Source: Verrucomicrobiota bacterium
Lineage (GTDB): Bacteria > Verrucomicrobiota > Verrucomicrobiia > Limisphaerales > UBA8199
Length of the DNA: 46,622 bases
Direction: 5' to 3'
Assembly: GCA_038209025.1 (NCBI GenBank)
Contig: JBBQYD010000002.1
Location: forward strand, 1-46,622
Below the pieces are notes generated by a model that was not told the DNA's origin, made no database searches, and saw only the letters and a list, made by a program, of their open reading frames with translations. Position numbers and translations under genes: made by a program. This document shows positions 33,443 to 43,832 of the stretch, one piece after another; position 1 is the stretch's first letter; every line of letters starts with the position of its first letter.

Positions 33443-35482
33443 GTGGCGAATGCAGGCATGAAAACACTTTTGGTAATGGCGGAACATCCCGACCTCGCTG
33501 AGTCGTTGCGCGCCGGCTTGAATGCGGAGCACTACCGCATCATTGAGCGGACCAACCTGGACGATGCGGAACCATTTCTCACCCATGGGCTGGTGGACGC
33601 CTGCATCCTGGACGTGGAACTTAGCGAGCCGCAAGGCGTGTGGTCGCTTGAAAAACTGCGCCGCCGCGCTCCCCGGTGCCCCATTATTATTTACACGGGC
33701 ACCCGGCAGTGGGAATGGGAGGAGGAGGCCTATCTCCAGGGGGCCCGCCATGTCCTCACCAAACCGGTGCGGACCCGCATGTTAAACACCGTTCTCGACC
33801 AGCTCTGGCAGGCTCAACTGCCCGGGCGGGGCGCCGTTCCAGCGACTCTCGAAATCGCCCCGTCGCCGAGCCGGCCAATGCCGCTGGAGCCCCGTGGGGG
33901 CTCGGGTGCCATGCCCTCATTGGGCGTGCTGCGGGATTTTTCGGCGATTCTCACCCACTCCCTGAACGCGGAGGCCATGCTTAAACAGTTCCTCCTTTTG
34001 CTCCGCGAAATCCTGAGCATCAACAAGGCCGCGCTTTTCCTGCGGCAGCCGGCCGGCGGCTTTGGCGAACGCTCGGTGCTTTCTGAGGCCCGCAAACTGC
34101 GCTGCATGTCCGCCCTGGGCATCTCGCCGGGGTTGCTGGAGCATTTTGAACTATCCATGGATGCCGGGATTGGCGGGTTGCTGTTTCGGCTGGGGCGGAT
34201 TTTGCGCAAGGGCGCTGAGGAAACCCGCCAGGACCTGGACGCGCAAAACGAGTTTGAGGTGCTCGGCGGGCAGGTGGCCGTTCCCATCCTGGATCGCGAA
34301 ACCTTGCTGGGAGTGGCGGTGTTTGACGGACGCATCACCGGCGAGCCGCTCGTGAATTCGGAGCTGGAGCTGATCTTTCACCTGCTTGAGCAACTCGGCC
34401 TGGCGGTGAAGAATATCTGGCTCCACGACCAGCTTGCGGCCAACCTGGAAATGATGACCGGAGTGCTGCGCGAATTGAGCAGTGCCTGTGTCGTTTTCGG
34501 AGGCAACCTGACCATCCTGCACGCCAACAAGACCGCGCGGCGTTATTTCAGCAAAGGCGAGCGGCGGAGCGGCGAATTGGAGTTCAGCGACCTTCCCCAG
34601 TTGCTGGGCGCCCGCGTTCACCAGGTGCTCAAGACGGGCACCGCCGTGCCACCCTTCAAGTTTGAAGCCGCCCCTGGCGCGCTTTACAGCATCACCATCG
34701 TTCCGTTTCAGCGGCAGGTGGCTGGTTTGCCGACCTCCGCCCTCCTGCTGGCCGATGACATCACCCAGGCGGAGCAGGTCAAACGCCTGGAGATTGAGGT
34801 GGCCAACTCGCGCCTCGTGAAGACCGCCGCATTCGCGCTTACCAATGAAATCGGGAACGCCATAACCCCGCTGTCCAGCTTGCAGCAAATGCTCCCCGAG
34901 TGCCGCCAGGACCAAAAGTTTCTCATGGAGCTGGAGCACGTTATGGGCAGCAGCGTGGACCGGCTTTCACGCCGCGGCAACCAGCTCAAACTGCTCTGCA
35001 GGGAAAACCTGATCAGCCAGGAGCCTGTCCTGATTGGCGCGCTGATCGAAGAAGCCTACCGGGAGGCCCGCAAGCACTCCTTTGCGCCGTCGCCGCAGTT
35101 GCGCCTGGAACTGGCGGACAAGAACACCCGGGTGGTGGTGGACCAGACCGCCTGCAAACAGGCGCTTAGTGAGATTTTGCTCAATGCCATCCAGGCCAAC
35201 CCGGAGAACCCGATTGTCTGTGTCAGGACCTCGGTCCAGATCAACGGCAAATCCGAGGTGTACATTGAAGTGGAGGATAACGGCACCGGGTTCACGCCCG
35301 AAGCCGCGCAGAAGGCTTCCACACCGTTCTTCACGACGCGGGTGGCGGGGATGGGGCTGGGTCTGGCGGTCAGCCGCCGCATTCTCGACATGCATCGCGG
35401 GAAGTTCGAGATTCTTCCGGGCGAGCAAGGCAAGCCGGCCGTCGTTCGGGTCACGCTGCCGCTCCAGCCTGCCCTGGGATAG
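33443..35482 (+). CDS. REC-like + GAF + PAS + kinase-like protein lacking the phospho-acceptor His (pseudo-histidine kinase)
   Basis: GTG start at 33443 (ATG 33458 is an alternative). Receiver-like N-terminus (LLVMAEHPDL..CILDVELSEP..IIIYTG..VLTKP). GAF-like VAVPILDRETLLGVAVFDGRITGEPL. The H-box position reads AAFALTNEIGNAITPL (Asn codon at 34844-34846 where AHEIRNPL is expected). The ATP lid is intact: LLNAIQA, VEDNGTGF, PFFTT, GMGLGLAV. Confidence 0.8.
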   Translation: MANAGMKTLLVMAEHPDLAESLRAGLNAEHYRIIERTNLDDAEPFLTHGLVDACILDVELSEPQGVWSLEKLRRRAPRCPIIIYTGTRQWEWEEEAYLQGARHVLTKPVRTRMLNTVLDQLWQAQLPGRGAVPATLEIAPSPSRPMPLEPRGGSGAMPSLGVLRDFSAILTHSLNAEAMLKQFLLLLREILSINKAALFLRQPAGGFGERSVLSEARKLRCMSALGISPGLLEHFELSMDAGIGGLLFRLGRILRKGAEETRQDLDAQNEFEVLGGQVAVPILDRETLLGVAVFDGRITGEPLVNSELELIFHLLEQLGLAVKNIWLHDQLAANLEMMTGVLRELSSACVVFGGNLTILHANKTARRYFSKGERRSGELEFSDLPQLLGARVHQVLKTGTAVPPFKFEAAPGALYSITIVPFQRQVAGLPTSALLLADDITQAEQVKRLEIEVANSRLVKTAAFALTNEIGNAITPLSSLQQMLPECRQDQKFLMELEHVMGSSVDRLSRRGNQLKLLCRENLISQEPVLIGALIEEAYREARKHSFAPSPQLRLELADKNTRVVVDQTACKQALSEILLNAIQANPENPIVCVRTSVQINGKSEVYIEVEDNGTGFTPEAAQKASTPFFTTRVAGMGLGLAVSRRILDMHRGKFEILPGEQGKPAVVRVTLPLQPALG

Positions 35483-35532
35483 GCCCAGGAAATCGATTTG
35501 GGATTCGACCGCCCGTGCGGTATCCTGCGGCC

Positions 35533-36213
35533 ATGTTCACGCCCGATTCGCTGTTTGATTTGAGTCAAACCGAGCACGCGACTCTGTTTTCAGGCCTGGA
35601 GTGCGCCTGGGAAGCCTTGCCGCGCCTGGCCGATTATGTTCAGGAGCGCGTGCGTCCCTCGTTGCATAACCGGTGCGAAGGGGTGGCGTTCATCGGTGAG
35701 CGGGTGTTCATCGGCGAGGGCACCGTCGTGGAGGACGGCGCGATGATCAAGGGTCCGGCGATCATCGGCAGGAACTGCGAAATCCGGCACAACGCCTACA
35801 TTCGCGAGAATGTCATCCTCGGGGATCATTGTGTGGTCGGCAACGCCTGCGAAGTGAAGAACGCCCTGCTTTTCAACCATGCGGTGGTGCCGCACTTCAA
35901 CTACGTGGGCGATTCCATTCTAGGCCATCAGGCGCACCTGGGGGCCGGTGTGGTGCTTTCCAATGTGAAATCGCTTTCCGGCAATGTGGCGGTGGAATGG
36001 GAGGGCCGCCTCATCGATACCGGACTGCGCAAGTTTGGGGCGCTGTTGGGCGATGGCGCGGAGATTGGGTGCAACAGTGTCCTCAACCCCGGCAGCATCA
36101 TCGGCCGCGGGTCCGTGGTTTATCCCGCCAGCAACTGGCGGGGAGTCCTGCCTCCGGGCATGATTGCGAAGCATAAGACCCTGCCGCAAATCGTCGTTCG
36201 CCGGGCAGGATAG
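35533..36213 (+). CDS. Left-handed beta-helix (hexapeptide-repeat) protein, GlmU C-terminal/acyltransferase-like
   Basis: Successive hexapeptide turns: IGERVFIGEGTVVEDGAMIKGPAIIGRNCEIRHNAYIRENVILGDHCVVGNACEVKNALLF. Followed by VGDSILGHQAHLGAGVVLSN and GDGAEIGCNSVLNPGSIIG. ATG at 35533 (GTG at 35515 is an alternative). Confidence 0.7.
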   Translation: MFTPDSLFDLSQTEHATLFSGLECAWEALPRLADYVQERVRPSLHNRCEGVAFIGERVFIGEGTVVEDGAMIKGPAIIGRNCEIRHNAYIRENVILGDHCVVGNACEVKNALLFNHAVVPHFNYVGDSILGHQAHLGAGVVLSNVKSLSGNVAVEWEGRLIDTGLRKFGALLGDGAEIGCNSVLNPGSIIGRGSVVYPASNWRGVLPPGMIAKHKTLPQIVVRRAG

Positions 36214-36271
36214 GCCGGGATGCTTCCGCCCGATGGCGGCGTTCGATGCCGCCAGACCAGGTGAGCGGCGG

Positions 36272-36781
36272 CTATGCCCGCTGGATGGGCGAGGCCTCGA
36301 TCCAGTCGCTTCGCAGCGCGGTCATGAGGCGAGCCATCGCGATGGCCGTCTGGGCGGCTTCGCGCCCACGATTGTGTTCCAGCGAGAGGCACCGCACGCG
36401 GGCCTGTTCCTGGTTTTCCAGCAACAGCACTTCATGAATAACAGGCACCTGGTGATCCAATTGGATCTCCATCAATGCCCGGCTGACCGCTTCGCCGATA
36501 TGGGCGGCGTGGACGGTTTCCCCGCGCAGAATGACGCCCAGGCAGATAATGGCCGAAGGCGGAGTGGCGCCCGTCGCGAGGGTCTTGGCGGCCAGCGGCA
36601 CCTCGTAGGCGCCCGGCACGCGGAAAACCCGCACCTGGGATGCGCCGGCGGTGGCCAGCTCTTCCCGGGCTGCCTTGAGCATGGAGTCCACGAATTCGGC
36701 GTTGTACTGGGAGGCAATAATGGCGTAGCGCGCCCCGCGGGGAGAGGCTGCCAGGTTCTTTGTTTGAGATTTCTTCAACAT
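36272..36781 (-). CDS. ribH: 6,7-dimethyl-8-ribityllumazine synthase
   Basis: RYAIIASQYNAEFVDSML, VPGAYEVPLAAKTLA, IICLGVILRGETVHAAHIGEAV, and VPVIHEVLL. 169 aa, 9 nt downstream of ribBA. Confidence 0.9.
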   Translation of the reverse strand: MLKKSQTKNLAASPRGARYAIIASQYNAEFVDSMLKAAREELATAGASQVRVFRVPGAYEVPLAAKTLATGATPPSAIICLGVILRGETVHAAHIGEAVSRALMEIQLDHQVPVIHEVLLLENQEQARVRCLSLEHNRGREAAQTAIAMARLMTALRSDWIEASPIQRA

Positions 36782-36790
36782 ACCGCTGGA

Positions 36791-37993
36791 TCAGAGGAGA
36801 TGGCCCATTTTATCCCGTTTGGTTTTCAGGTAGCTGGCGTTGTAAGGGTTGGGTTTGATTTTCAGGGGCACTTGTTCGACGATTTTCAGACCGTAGCCTT
36901 CCAGCCCCACCAGCTTGCGCGGATTATTGGTGAGTAACCGGATGGATCTCAAGCCGAGATCGGCCAGAATTTGCGCCCCGAGCCCATATTCGCGAAGGTC
37001 CATGCCGAACCCGAGTTTCTGGTTCGCTTCCACAGTGTCATACCCCTGCTCCTGGAGTTTATAGGCCTGGATTTTTGGCCCGAGGCCAATGCCGCGCCCC
37101 TCCTGGCGCATATAAACGACCACGCCGGCACCGGCGGCGACCACCTGCCGCATCGCCGCGCGCAACTGCGGACCGCAATCGCAGCGGCGCGATCCAAACA
37201 CATCACCTGTCAGGCACTCGCTATGGACGCGCACCAGGACCGGTTTCTTCTGACCAATATCGCCCGTTACCAGCGCCAGATGGTGCTGGTTGTCCAGCTT
37301 GGATCGGTACAGATAAAGGTCGAAGTTGCCAAACTCCGTGGGCATTTTCACCACTTCCACCCGTTCCACGAGTTTTTCCCGGCTGCGCCGGTGCTGGATC
37401 AGGTCCGCGATGGTGCAGATTTTGAGCTTATGTTTGCGCGCAAACTTTCGCAACTCGGGCAGCCGCGCCATGGTGCCGTCATCGTTCATGATTTCGCAGA
37501 TCACGCCGATGGGTCGGCATCTGGCAATCTGCACGAGGTCCACCGCGGCCTCGGTATGGCCCGCGCGCTGCAATACCCCGCCCGCCTTGGCGCGCAGCGG
37601 AAACACATGTCCGGGCGCCACCAGGTCGTTGGGCACCGCCGTCGGTTCGGCCATGATGCGGATGGTTTCCGCCCGGTCGGCCGCACTGATCCCGGTGGTG
37701 ACCCCGCACGCGGCATCCACGCTCACTTGAAAATCCGTTTTAAACGTCTCCCGGTTTTGATGGACCATGCGGTCAATCCCCAATTGCTGCAACCGCTCGG
37801 AAGTCGTGGGCACGCAAATCAGGCCGCGCCCGTGTTTGGCCATGAAATTAACCGCCAACGGGGTCACGAACTGGGCCGCCATGACCAGGTCGCCCTCATT
37901 CTCCCGGTCGGCATCGTCCGTGACGATCACCATCCTGCCCTTTTGGAGGTCCGCGATCGCCGAGTCAATCGAATCAAACTGCTGCTGCTTCAT
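36791..37993 (-). CDS. ribBA: Bifunctional 3,4-dihydroxy-2-butanone-4-phosphate synthase / GTP cyclohydrolase II
   Basis: DHBP synthase motifs [18 protein letters not shown] and [12 protein letters not shown] cyclohydrolase II motifs [24 protein letters not shown] and [11 protein letters not shown]. 400 aa. Confidence 0.95.
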   Translation of the reverse strand: MKQQQFDSIDSAIADLQKGRMVIVTDDADRENEGDLVMAAQFVTPLAVNFMAKHGRGLICVPTTSERLQQLGIDRMVHQNRETFKTDFQVSVDAACGVTTGISAADRAETIRIMAEPTAVPNDLVAPGHVFPLRAKAGGVLQRAGHTEAAVDLVQIARCRPIGVICEIMNDDGTMARLPELRKFARKHKLKICTIADLIQHRRSREKLVERVEVVKMPTEFGNFDLYLYRSKLDNQHHLALVTGDIGQKKPVLVRVHSECLTGDVFGSRRCDCGPQLRAAMRQVVAAGAGVVVYMRQEGRGIGLGPKIQAYKLQEQGYDTVEANQKLGFGMDLREYGLGAQILADLGLRSIRLLTNNPRKLVGLEGYGLKIVEQVPLKIKPNPYNASYLKTKRDKMGHLL

Positions 37994-38290
37994 AAACGAA
38001 TGGTCAACTTACCGTGCCCGTGGCTAAATTGAAATGCGAATCCCGAACCCCACGGGGTGGCGGGGGTGGCATTGATGGATTGAGTGCCTTGTGCCATTCG
38101 GGTCGAACGGCCTGCGTAACCCATGAAAAACAGCCTGCTCATGGCCGCGGGAGTTGTGGGAGCAACATGGACGATAAACCGCGCAAGTTTGAGTTCGACC
38201 CGGCCCGCGCCTTGGAATTCCCGGGGCCGGGGGCTGGCGGTTTGACGAATCCGGCGGCCGCGAGAATCGCTTGCGAGGGCCAATCCGGCG

Positions 38291-39673
<1,383 letters not shown>

Positions 39674-39681
39674 ACAGTCTC

Positions 39682-40419
39682 TTGAGCGCTCTCGCACTTA
39701 CTCTCAGCCCGGAGGCGAAGGCCACCTTGCCGCGGCACGTGGCCATCATCATGGATGGGAACGGGCGGTGGGCCAAGGAGCGGAGCCTGCCTAGAATTGA
39801 GGGGCATCGGGCCGGCGCGGAGTCCGCCCGCACCATCATCCGGGCGGCGGGCGAATTGGGCATCAAGTACCTCACTCTCTACGCGTTCTCGGTTGAGAAC
39901 TGGAACCGGCCAAAAGATGAGGTGGATGCGCTGATGAAATACCTGGTGCATTACCTGAAGACGGAAACTCCGGAGCTGAACAAGAGCAATGTGCGGCTGG
40001 AAGTGATCGGCCAGATCTATCGCCTGCCGGAGAACGTGCAGGAACACCTCAAGAAGTCGATAGCCACACTGTCGCGCAATAACGGGCTGACCCTGATCAT
40101 GGCATTGAGCTACGGGGGGCGCACCGAGATTGTGGAGGCGGTGCGCAGCATCGCGCAGAAGGTGAAGGCCGGCGAACTCGACCCGCCGGACATCACCGAG
40201 CAGGTGTTCGCTCAGAATCTGTACACCCGCAACCTGCCCGACCCGGATGTGCTGATTCGCACCAGCGGAGAAATGCGCGTGAGCAACTTCCTGCTCTGGC
40301 AGATATCTTATACCGAATTTGTGGTCACTCCGACGCTCTGGCCGGACTTTCGCAAGCCGCAATTCTACGCCGCTTTGGAGGAATACACCCGCCGGCACCG
40401 GCGATTTGGCGGGCTTTGA
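39682..40419 (+). CDS. uppS: Di-trans,poly-cis-undecaprenyl-diphosphate synthase
   Basis: LPRHVAIIMDGNGRWAKERSLPRIEGHRAG, LTLYAFSVENWNRP, LIRTSGEMRVSNFLLWQISYTEF, and WPDF. The start is uncertain: TTG at 39682 is the first plausible start after the purA stop. The listed start at 39526 overlaps purA by 148 nt. Confidence 0.9.
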   Translation: MSALALTLSPEAKATLPRHVAIIMDGNGRWAKERSLPRIEGHRAGAESARTIIRAAGELGIKYLTLYAFSVENWNRPKDEVDALMKYLVHYLKTETPELNKSNVRLEVIGQIYRLPENVQEHLKKSIATLSRNNGLTLIMALSYGGRTEIVEAVRSIAQKVKAGELDPPDITEQVFAQNLYTRNLPDPDVLIRTSGEMRVSNFLLWQISYTEFVVTPTLWPDFRKPQFYAALEEYTRRHRRFGGL

Positions 40420-40430
40420 CGGGCAGCCGC

Positions 40431-41705
40431 TCAGCCGTAAACCATGAATTGTCCCGGCGTCAGTTCGGGTTCCTGATTGCGGATGAATTGAATTTGCAGC
40501 TCGCTGAGCGTGCGGCCTTCGGGCATGAGCAGCGCCCCTTTGGCATTATAAACGCCCTTGGCCAGCACCATCCCCGGACGCAGACCCGAAAGCGGGACTT
40601 CCCGAAGGCGGGCACTGGCCGCAACTGCCGGCAGGCACTGAATGAACAGCCGAACGGCCTCGGGGTCGAAAGCTGAACCGCTTTGGCTGGTGATGGATAG
40701 TTCCCTGGCTTTGCCCTCTCCCGGGGCCGCCGCGTAAGCCGCCGCCAAAGCGAGCAATCGTGCCAGCCAGGGCAGCCTGGCCCCGGCCAGTCCGTCGGGA
40801 TACCCGCCGCCATCGAAACGTTCCTGGTGAGCCCGGATCAGCGTGCCCAACTCCGGCTGCCGCAGGGTGGAGTTGACCAACTCTTCGCCCCAGAGGGGGT
40901 GTTGCCGCACCCATCCCGCCTCGCCTTGCGCCAGCGATTCCGGGTCTTCCAGCCACTGGCGAAGCGGTTCTCTGGGGGCGTTGATCAAGCCAATATCGTG
41001 CAATAGCGCGGCGGTTTCCAGGAGGCGCGAATCCCCGGCCCCGAGCTGCGCTTTCGTGCTCATGATCCGGCATATTTCGAGCGCCTGGTGGGAGCGGGCG
41101 CCCAGGCGAGGCTCGTAGCCGGCCAGAATCTTCAGCAGCAGATGCAGCGCGCCATCCGCCTCGGATCGCAACGCCTGGTTGGCGATTTCAAGTTGTTGAG
41201 CCACGGTTTGCTGGGCGGCGAGATCCTTCCGCAACCCCGCGTTCAGCGCCTGCATTTCCTCCCCCAGCCGGCTGTGGCGCTGAATCAGATCAAACCTTTG
41301 CACGGCGTTCTTGATGGTGACCAGCAGTTCCTCGCGCAGCCAGGGCTTTACGATAAACCGGTAGATTTCGCCCTTGTTGATGGCGTCGATCACGGTATTG
41401 AGGCTCAGTACCGCGGTGATGAGAATGCGTGTGGCATCAGGCTGAACCTCTTTGGCCTGGGCCAGGAACTCCAACCCGGTGAGCATCGGCATCTGCTGAT
41501 CCGTGAGAATCACGGAGAACCGGGTCTTCTGAATTTCTTCCAGCGCCTGGAGCGCATCCGGCGTGGCCACCACCGTGTATCCTTCCAGGCGCAAGGTCTC
41601 GCGCAGGGCCGTGAGCACGATCATCTCGTCGTCCACGACCAGGATGCTTTTCAACTCATCGGATAGGTGCGAGGCGGTATTCATGGGGTCAGGCAAAGAT
41701 GGCAT
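40431..41705 (-). CDS. Response regulator with HD-GYP c-di-GMP phosphodiesterase output (RpfG-like) plus a C-terminal ~90-aa extension
   Basis: REC: ILVVDDEMIVL..VILTDQQMPMLTG..ILITA..IYRFIVKPWLREEL. HD-GYP: ALLHDIGLINAP ... HQERFDGGGYPDGL. ATG at 41705 overlaps the upstream kinase by 17 nt. The alternative ATG at 41684 leaves a 4-nt gap. Confidence 0.85.
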   Translation of the reverse strand: MPSLPDPMNTASHLSDELKSILVVDDEMIVLTALRETLRLEGYTVVATPDALQALEEIQKTRFSVILTDQQMPMLTGLEFLAQAKEVQPDATRILITAVLSLNTVIDAINKGEIYRFIVKPWLREELLVTIKNAVQRFDLIQRHSRLGEEMQALNAGLRKDLAAQQTVAQQLEIANQALRSEADGALHLLLKILAGYEPRLGARSHQALEICRIMSTKAQLGAGDSRLLETAALLHDIGLINAPREPLRQWLEDPESLAQGEAGWVRQHPLWGEELVNSTLRQPELGTLIRAHQERFDGGGYPDGLAGARLPWLARLLALAAAYAAAPGEGKARELSITSQSGSAFDPEAVRLFIQCLPAVAASARLREVPLSGLRPGMVLAKGVYNAKGALLMPEGRTLSELQIQFIRNQEPELTPGQFMVYG

Positions 41706-43713
41706 CGAAGCGTTGAATCATTTCCGTTTCACCGGCGTCTGAACGAACCACGAGTTGGGCTTTCTCCAGGACGGCGGGATCCATCTCATCCTCATTGCCG
41801 CAGACGATCTGGATGGCTATCTTGCCTTGGAAAACCGCGGGCAGCTCCTGCAGCCACTGTTTCCAGGAAGGATCGTCCGGACGAATCAGGGCCAGCAGGC
41901 CGTTGAACCCGGCTTCCTCTGAAATCAGGAGTTCCCTGGCGCGCTCGGGACCATGCGTCACCACCACATAATAATCATGCACGCGCAAGGACTCGGCCAT
42001 GCTGTCGGTCAATAATCCAGGCTCGCCCAGCAACAGCACCCGAAGACGCGTGCGGCGGGAGACCTGCTGCCGTTCGTTCTCGGTGAAATCGGCTTCGGGC
42101 AGCCACACATGCACGGTCGTGCCCGCGTTTTCCCGTGAATCGACGGAGATGGCGCCGCCATGTTTTTCGACAAATAACCCGGCGTTGTAGAGGCCCAGGC
42201 CGGACCCTTTGTTGACCGGTTTGGTGGTGAAGAAGGCGTCAAAGAGAAAAGGCAGATTGCGGGCGGGTATGCCGCACCCGGTATCCTCAACCGACAGGCA
42301 GGCACCCGGCAGCCGAGGGAACGTGCCGTGCCCATTGGTCAGCGGCCGGGCTTCGGTGACGCGCCGGGTGCGCAGCGTGAGCGCCCCCCGGTGCGGCATG
42401 GCATCCGCCGCATTCAAGGCCAGGTTGACCACGACCTGCCGGAACTCGACGCCGTCCATGTACACCGGCTGCGGCTCGGGATCCAGGTCCACTTTCACCT
42501 GGATGCAGCGCGGCAGCACCTTGGCCATCAGTTCCACGATGTCTGACACGACCTCATTCAGGTTGTGATAATCACGCACCCCGGTTTTGCAGCGGTGAAG
42601 GTTCACCATGCGTTGGATTAGTTGAGTGGCCTGCAGCGAGTGGTGCTTGACCATGCCCAACCCCTCGTAAAACGGGTGGTCTTTGCCGGCCTGCGCTAGA
42701 AACAGCTCCGAGAGTGAGAGGATGCCAGACATGATATTTCCGAAATCGTGGGCCAGTCCCACCGTGAGAGTCGCCAGGGTATCTTTCCAGGCGGCGCTCG
42801 AAAGGCGCTTCTCGGCGATGGTCTGACGCGTGATATCCAGCCACACCCCCTCATAGGAAAGGATCAAGCCGGAGAAGCTGGTGATGGCCTTGCGGTGCTC
42901 CAGGAGGTAGGTGATTTGCCCGGTCCGCTGGTGGCGCACGCGGAAGGTGGTGGCCACGCCCTCCGGGCGCTGGGAAGCCACCTTGCATTGATGGCGCAGT
43001 TCCTCGACGTCCGCCTCGTGGATGACCTGCCAGAAACGCTGGGGCTGGCAGCGCCATTCTTCCGGAGCCACCCCCGTGAGAGCGGCAATGCCCGGGCTGG
43101 CATACTGGAAAGAGAAATCGGCCCGTTGCGTGAAGATGACTCCCGGCCAGCGTTGCAGCAGGTTCTCGAGCCGGGACTCAGCCCGCAACAGCCGCAGAAA
43201 GAGCTGCCGGTGATTGTGTTCTCCCGGCTGATATCCGTCCTCAATCAGTTCGGCGGAGGTGGGCAGAACGGAGCTGATGCGAACAAACCAGCCGCCGCTG
43301 TTGGTGGCCACTTCGATCCTGAAATGCTCCGGCTTGCCGTCGCGGGATTCCCTCACGGTGCGTTGGCCAAGGGCAACGCCTTCGGCCGCCATCTCTCCCC
43401 AGGCGGCAGCGCACCTTGGCGCTCTCTCCGCCAATAGTTCCCCAAACTCCCTGCTCACTGCCTCGCCCTCCGATAGATTGAACCAACTCGCCAGTTCGGC
43501 GGAAATGGAGCAAATGCGCCGGTTCAAGTCAACCAGTGCCAGCCCGGATTCCAGCAGCATGCCCTGTGCAATGCCCGCTGGCGGAGACTGTTGCGCTCCG
43601 TCCAGACCCAGGTCTTCAGTTCTTGGCGAAGTCGGACTCATTGATGGCTCCCCTGGCAAAAGCGCCAGCGGCTCACCTCGGTTATCGGATGGATTAACAG
43701 ATGCTTTAGTCAT
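41689..43713 (-). CDS. Cytoplasmic PAS-PAS sensor histidine kinase with a degenerate C-terminal receiver-like domain
   Basis: Two PAS-like blocks (ALVDLNRRICSISAELASWF; WPGVIFTQRADFSFQYASPGIAALTG). H box VGLAHDFGNIMSGI, N box NLALNAADAM, G1 VEDTGCGIP, G2 NKGSGLGLYNAG. The C-terminal VLLLGEPGLL..LLALIRPDD.. lacks the N-terminal acidic pair. Confidence 0.85.
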   Translation of the reverse strand: MTKASVNPSDNRGEPLALLPGEPSMSPTSPRTEDLGLDGAQQSPPAGIAQGMLLESGLALVDLNRRICSISAELASWFNLSEGEAVSREFGELLAERAPRCAAAWGEMAAEGVALGQRTVRESRDGKPEHFRIEVATNSGGWFVRISSVLPTSAELIEDGYQPGEHNHRQLFLRLLRAESRLENLLQRWPGVIFTQRADFSFQYASPGIAALTGVAPEEWRCQPQRFWQVIHEADVEELRHQCKVASQRPEGVATTFRVRHQRTGQITYLLEHRKAITSFSGLILSYEGVWLDITRQTIAEKRLSSAAWKDTLATLTVGLAHDFGNIMSGILSLSELFLAQAGKDHPFYEGLGMVKHHSLQATQLIQRMVNLHRCKTGVRDYHNLNEVVSDIVELMAKVLPRCIQVKVDLDPEPQPVYMDGVEFRQVVVNLALNAADAMPHRGALTLRTRRVTEARPLTNGHGTFPRLPGACLSVEDTGCGIPARNLPFLFDAFFTTKPVNKGSGLGLYNAGLFVEKHGGAISVDSRENAGTTVHVWLPEADFTENERQQVSRRTRLRVLLLGEPGLLTDSMAESLRVHDYYVVVTHGPERARELLISEEAGFNGLLALIRPDDPSWKQWLQELPAVFQGKIAIQIVCGNEDEMDPAVLEKAQLVVRSDAGETEMIQRFDAIFA

Positions 43714-43832
43714 TTGTCGTCGATTGAGGATGGCCCGAACCCATCGCTGGCCAGCGAATGAACTGTTTTAGGTCACTGTCAGGTTGATTACAAGCTTGAA
43801 CAAGCTCTCCAAGCTGCTATGGTGGGCGTGGG

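Noticed and set aside
36971-38032. 353-aa plus-strand ORF and the 37990-38802 270-aa minus-strand ORF
   Set aside because: The first is antisense to ribBA and the second is antisense to purA plus intergenic DNA. Neither shows a recognisable motif, and both real genes are unambiguous.
38035-38060. tRNA-like GGTTCGGGATTCGC string (minus strand)
   Set aside because: No complementary T-stem, acceptor stem or anticodon arm can be drawn around it.
37994-38290. FMN riboswitch upstream of ribBA
   Set aside because: Reading the minus strand, I found none of the conserved RFN strings (GGGUGAAAUUCCC..ACCGGCGGU, AGCCCGCGAGC, GCCGACGGU.AAAGUCCGGAUG). I cannot exclude a divergent element without cmsearch.
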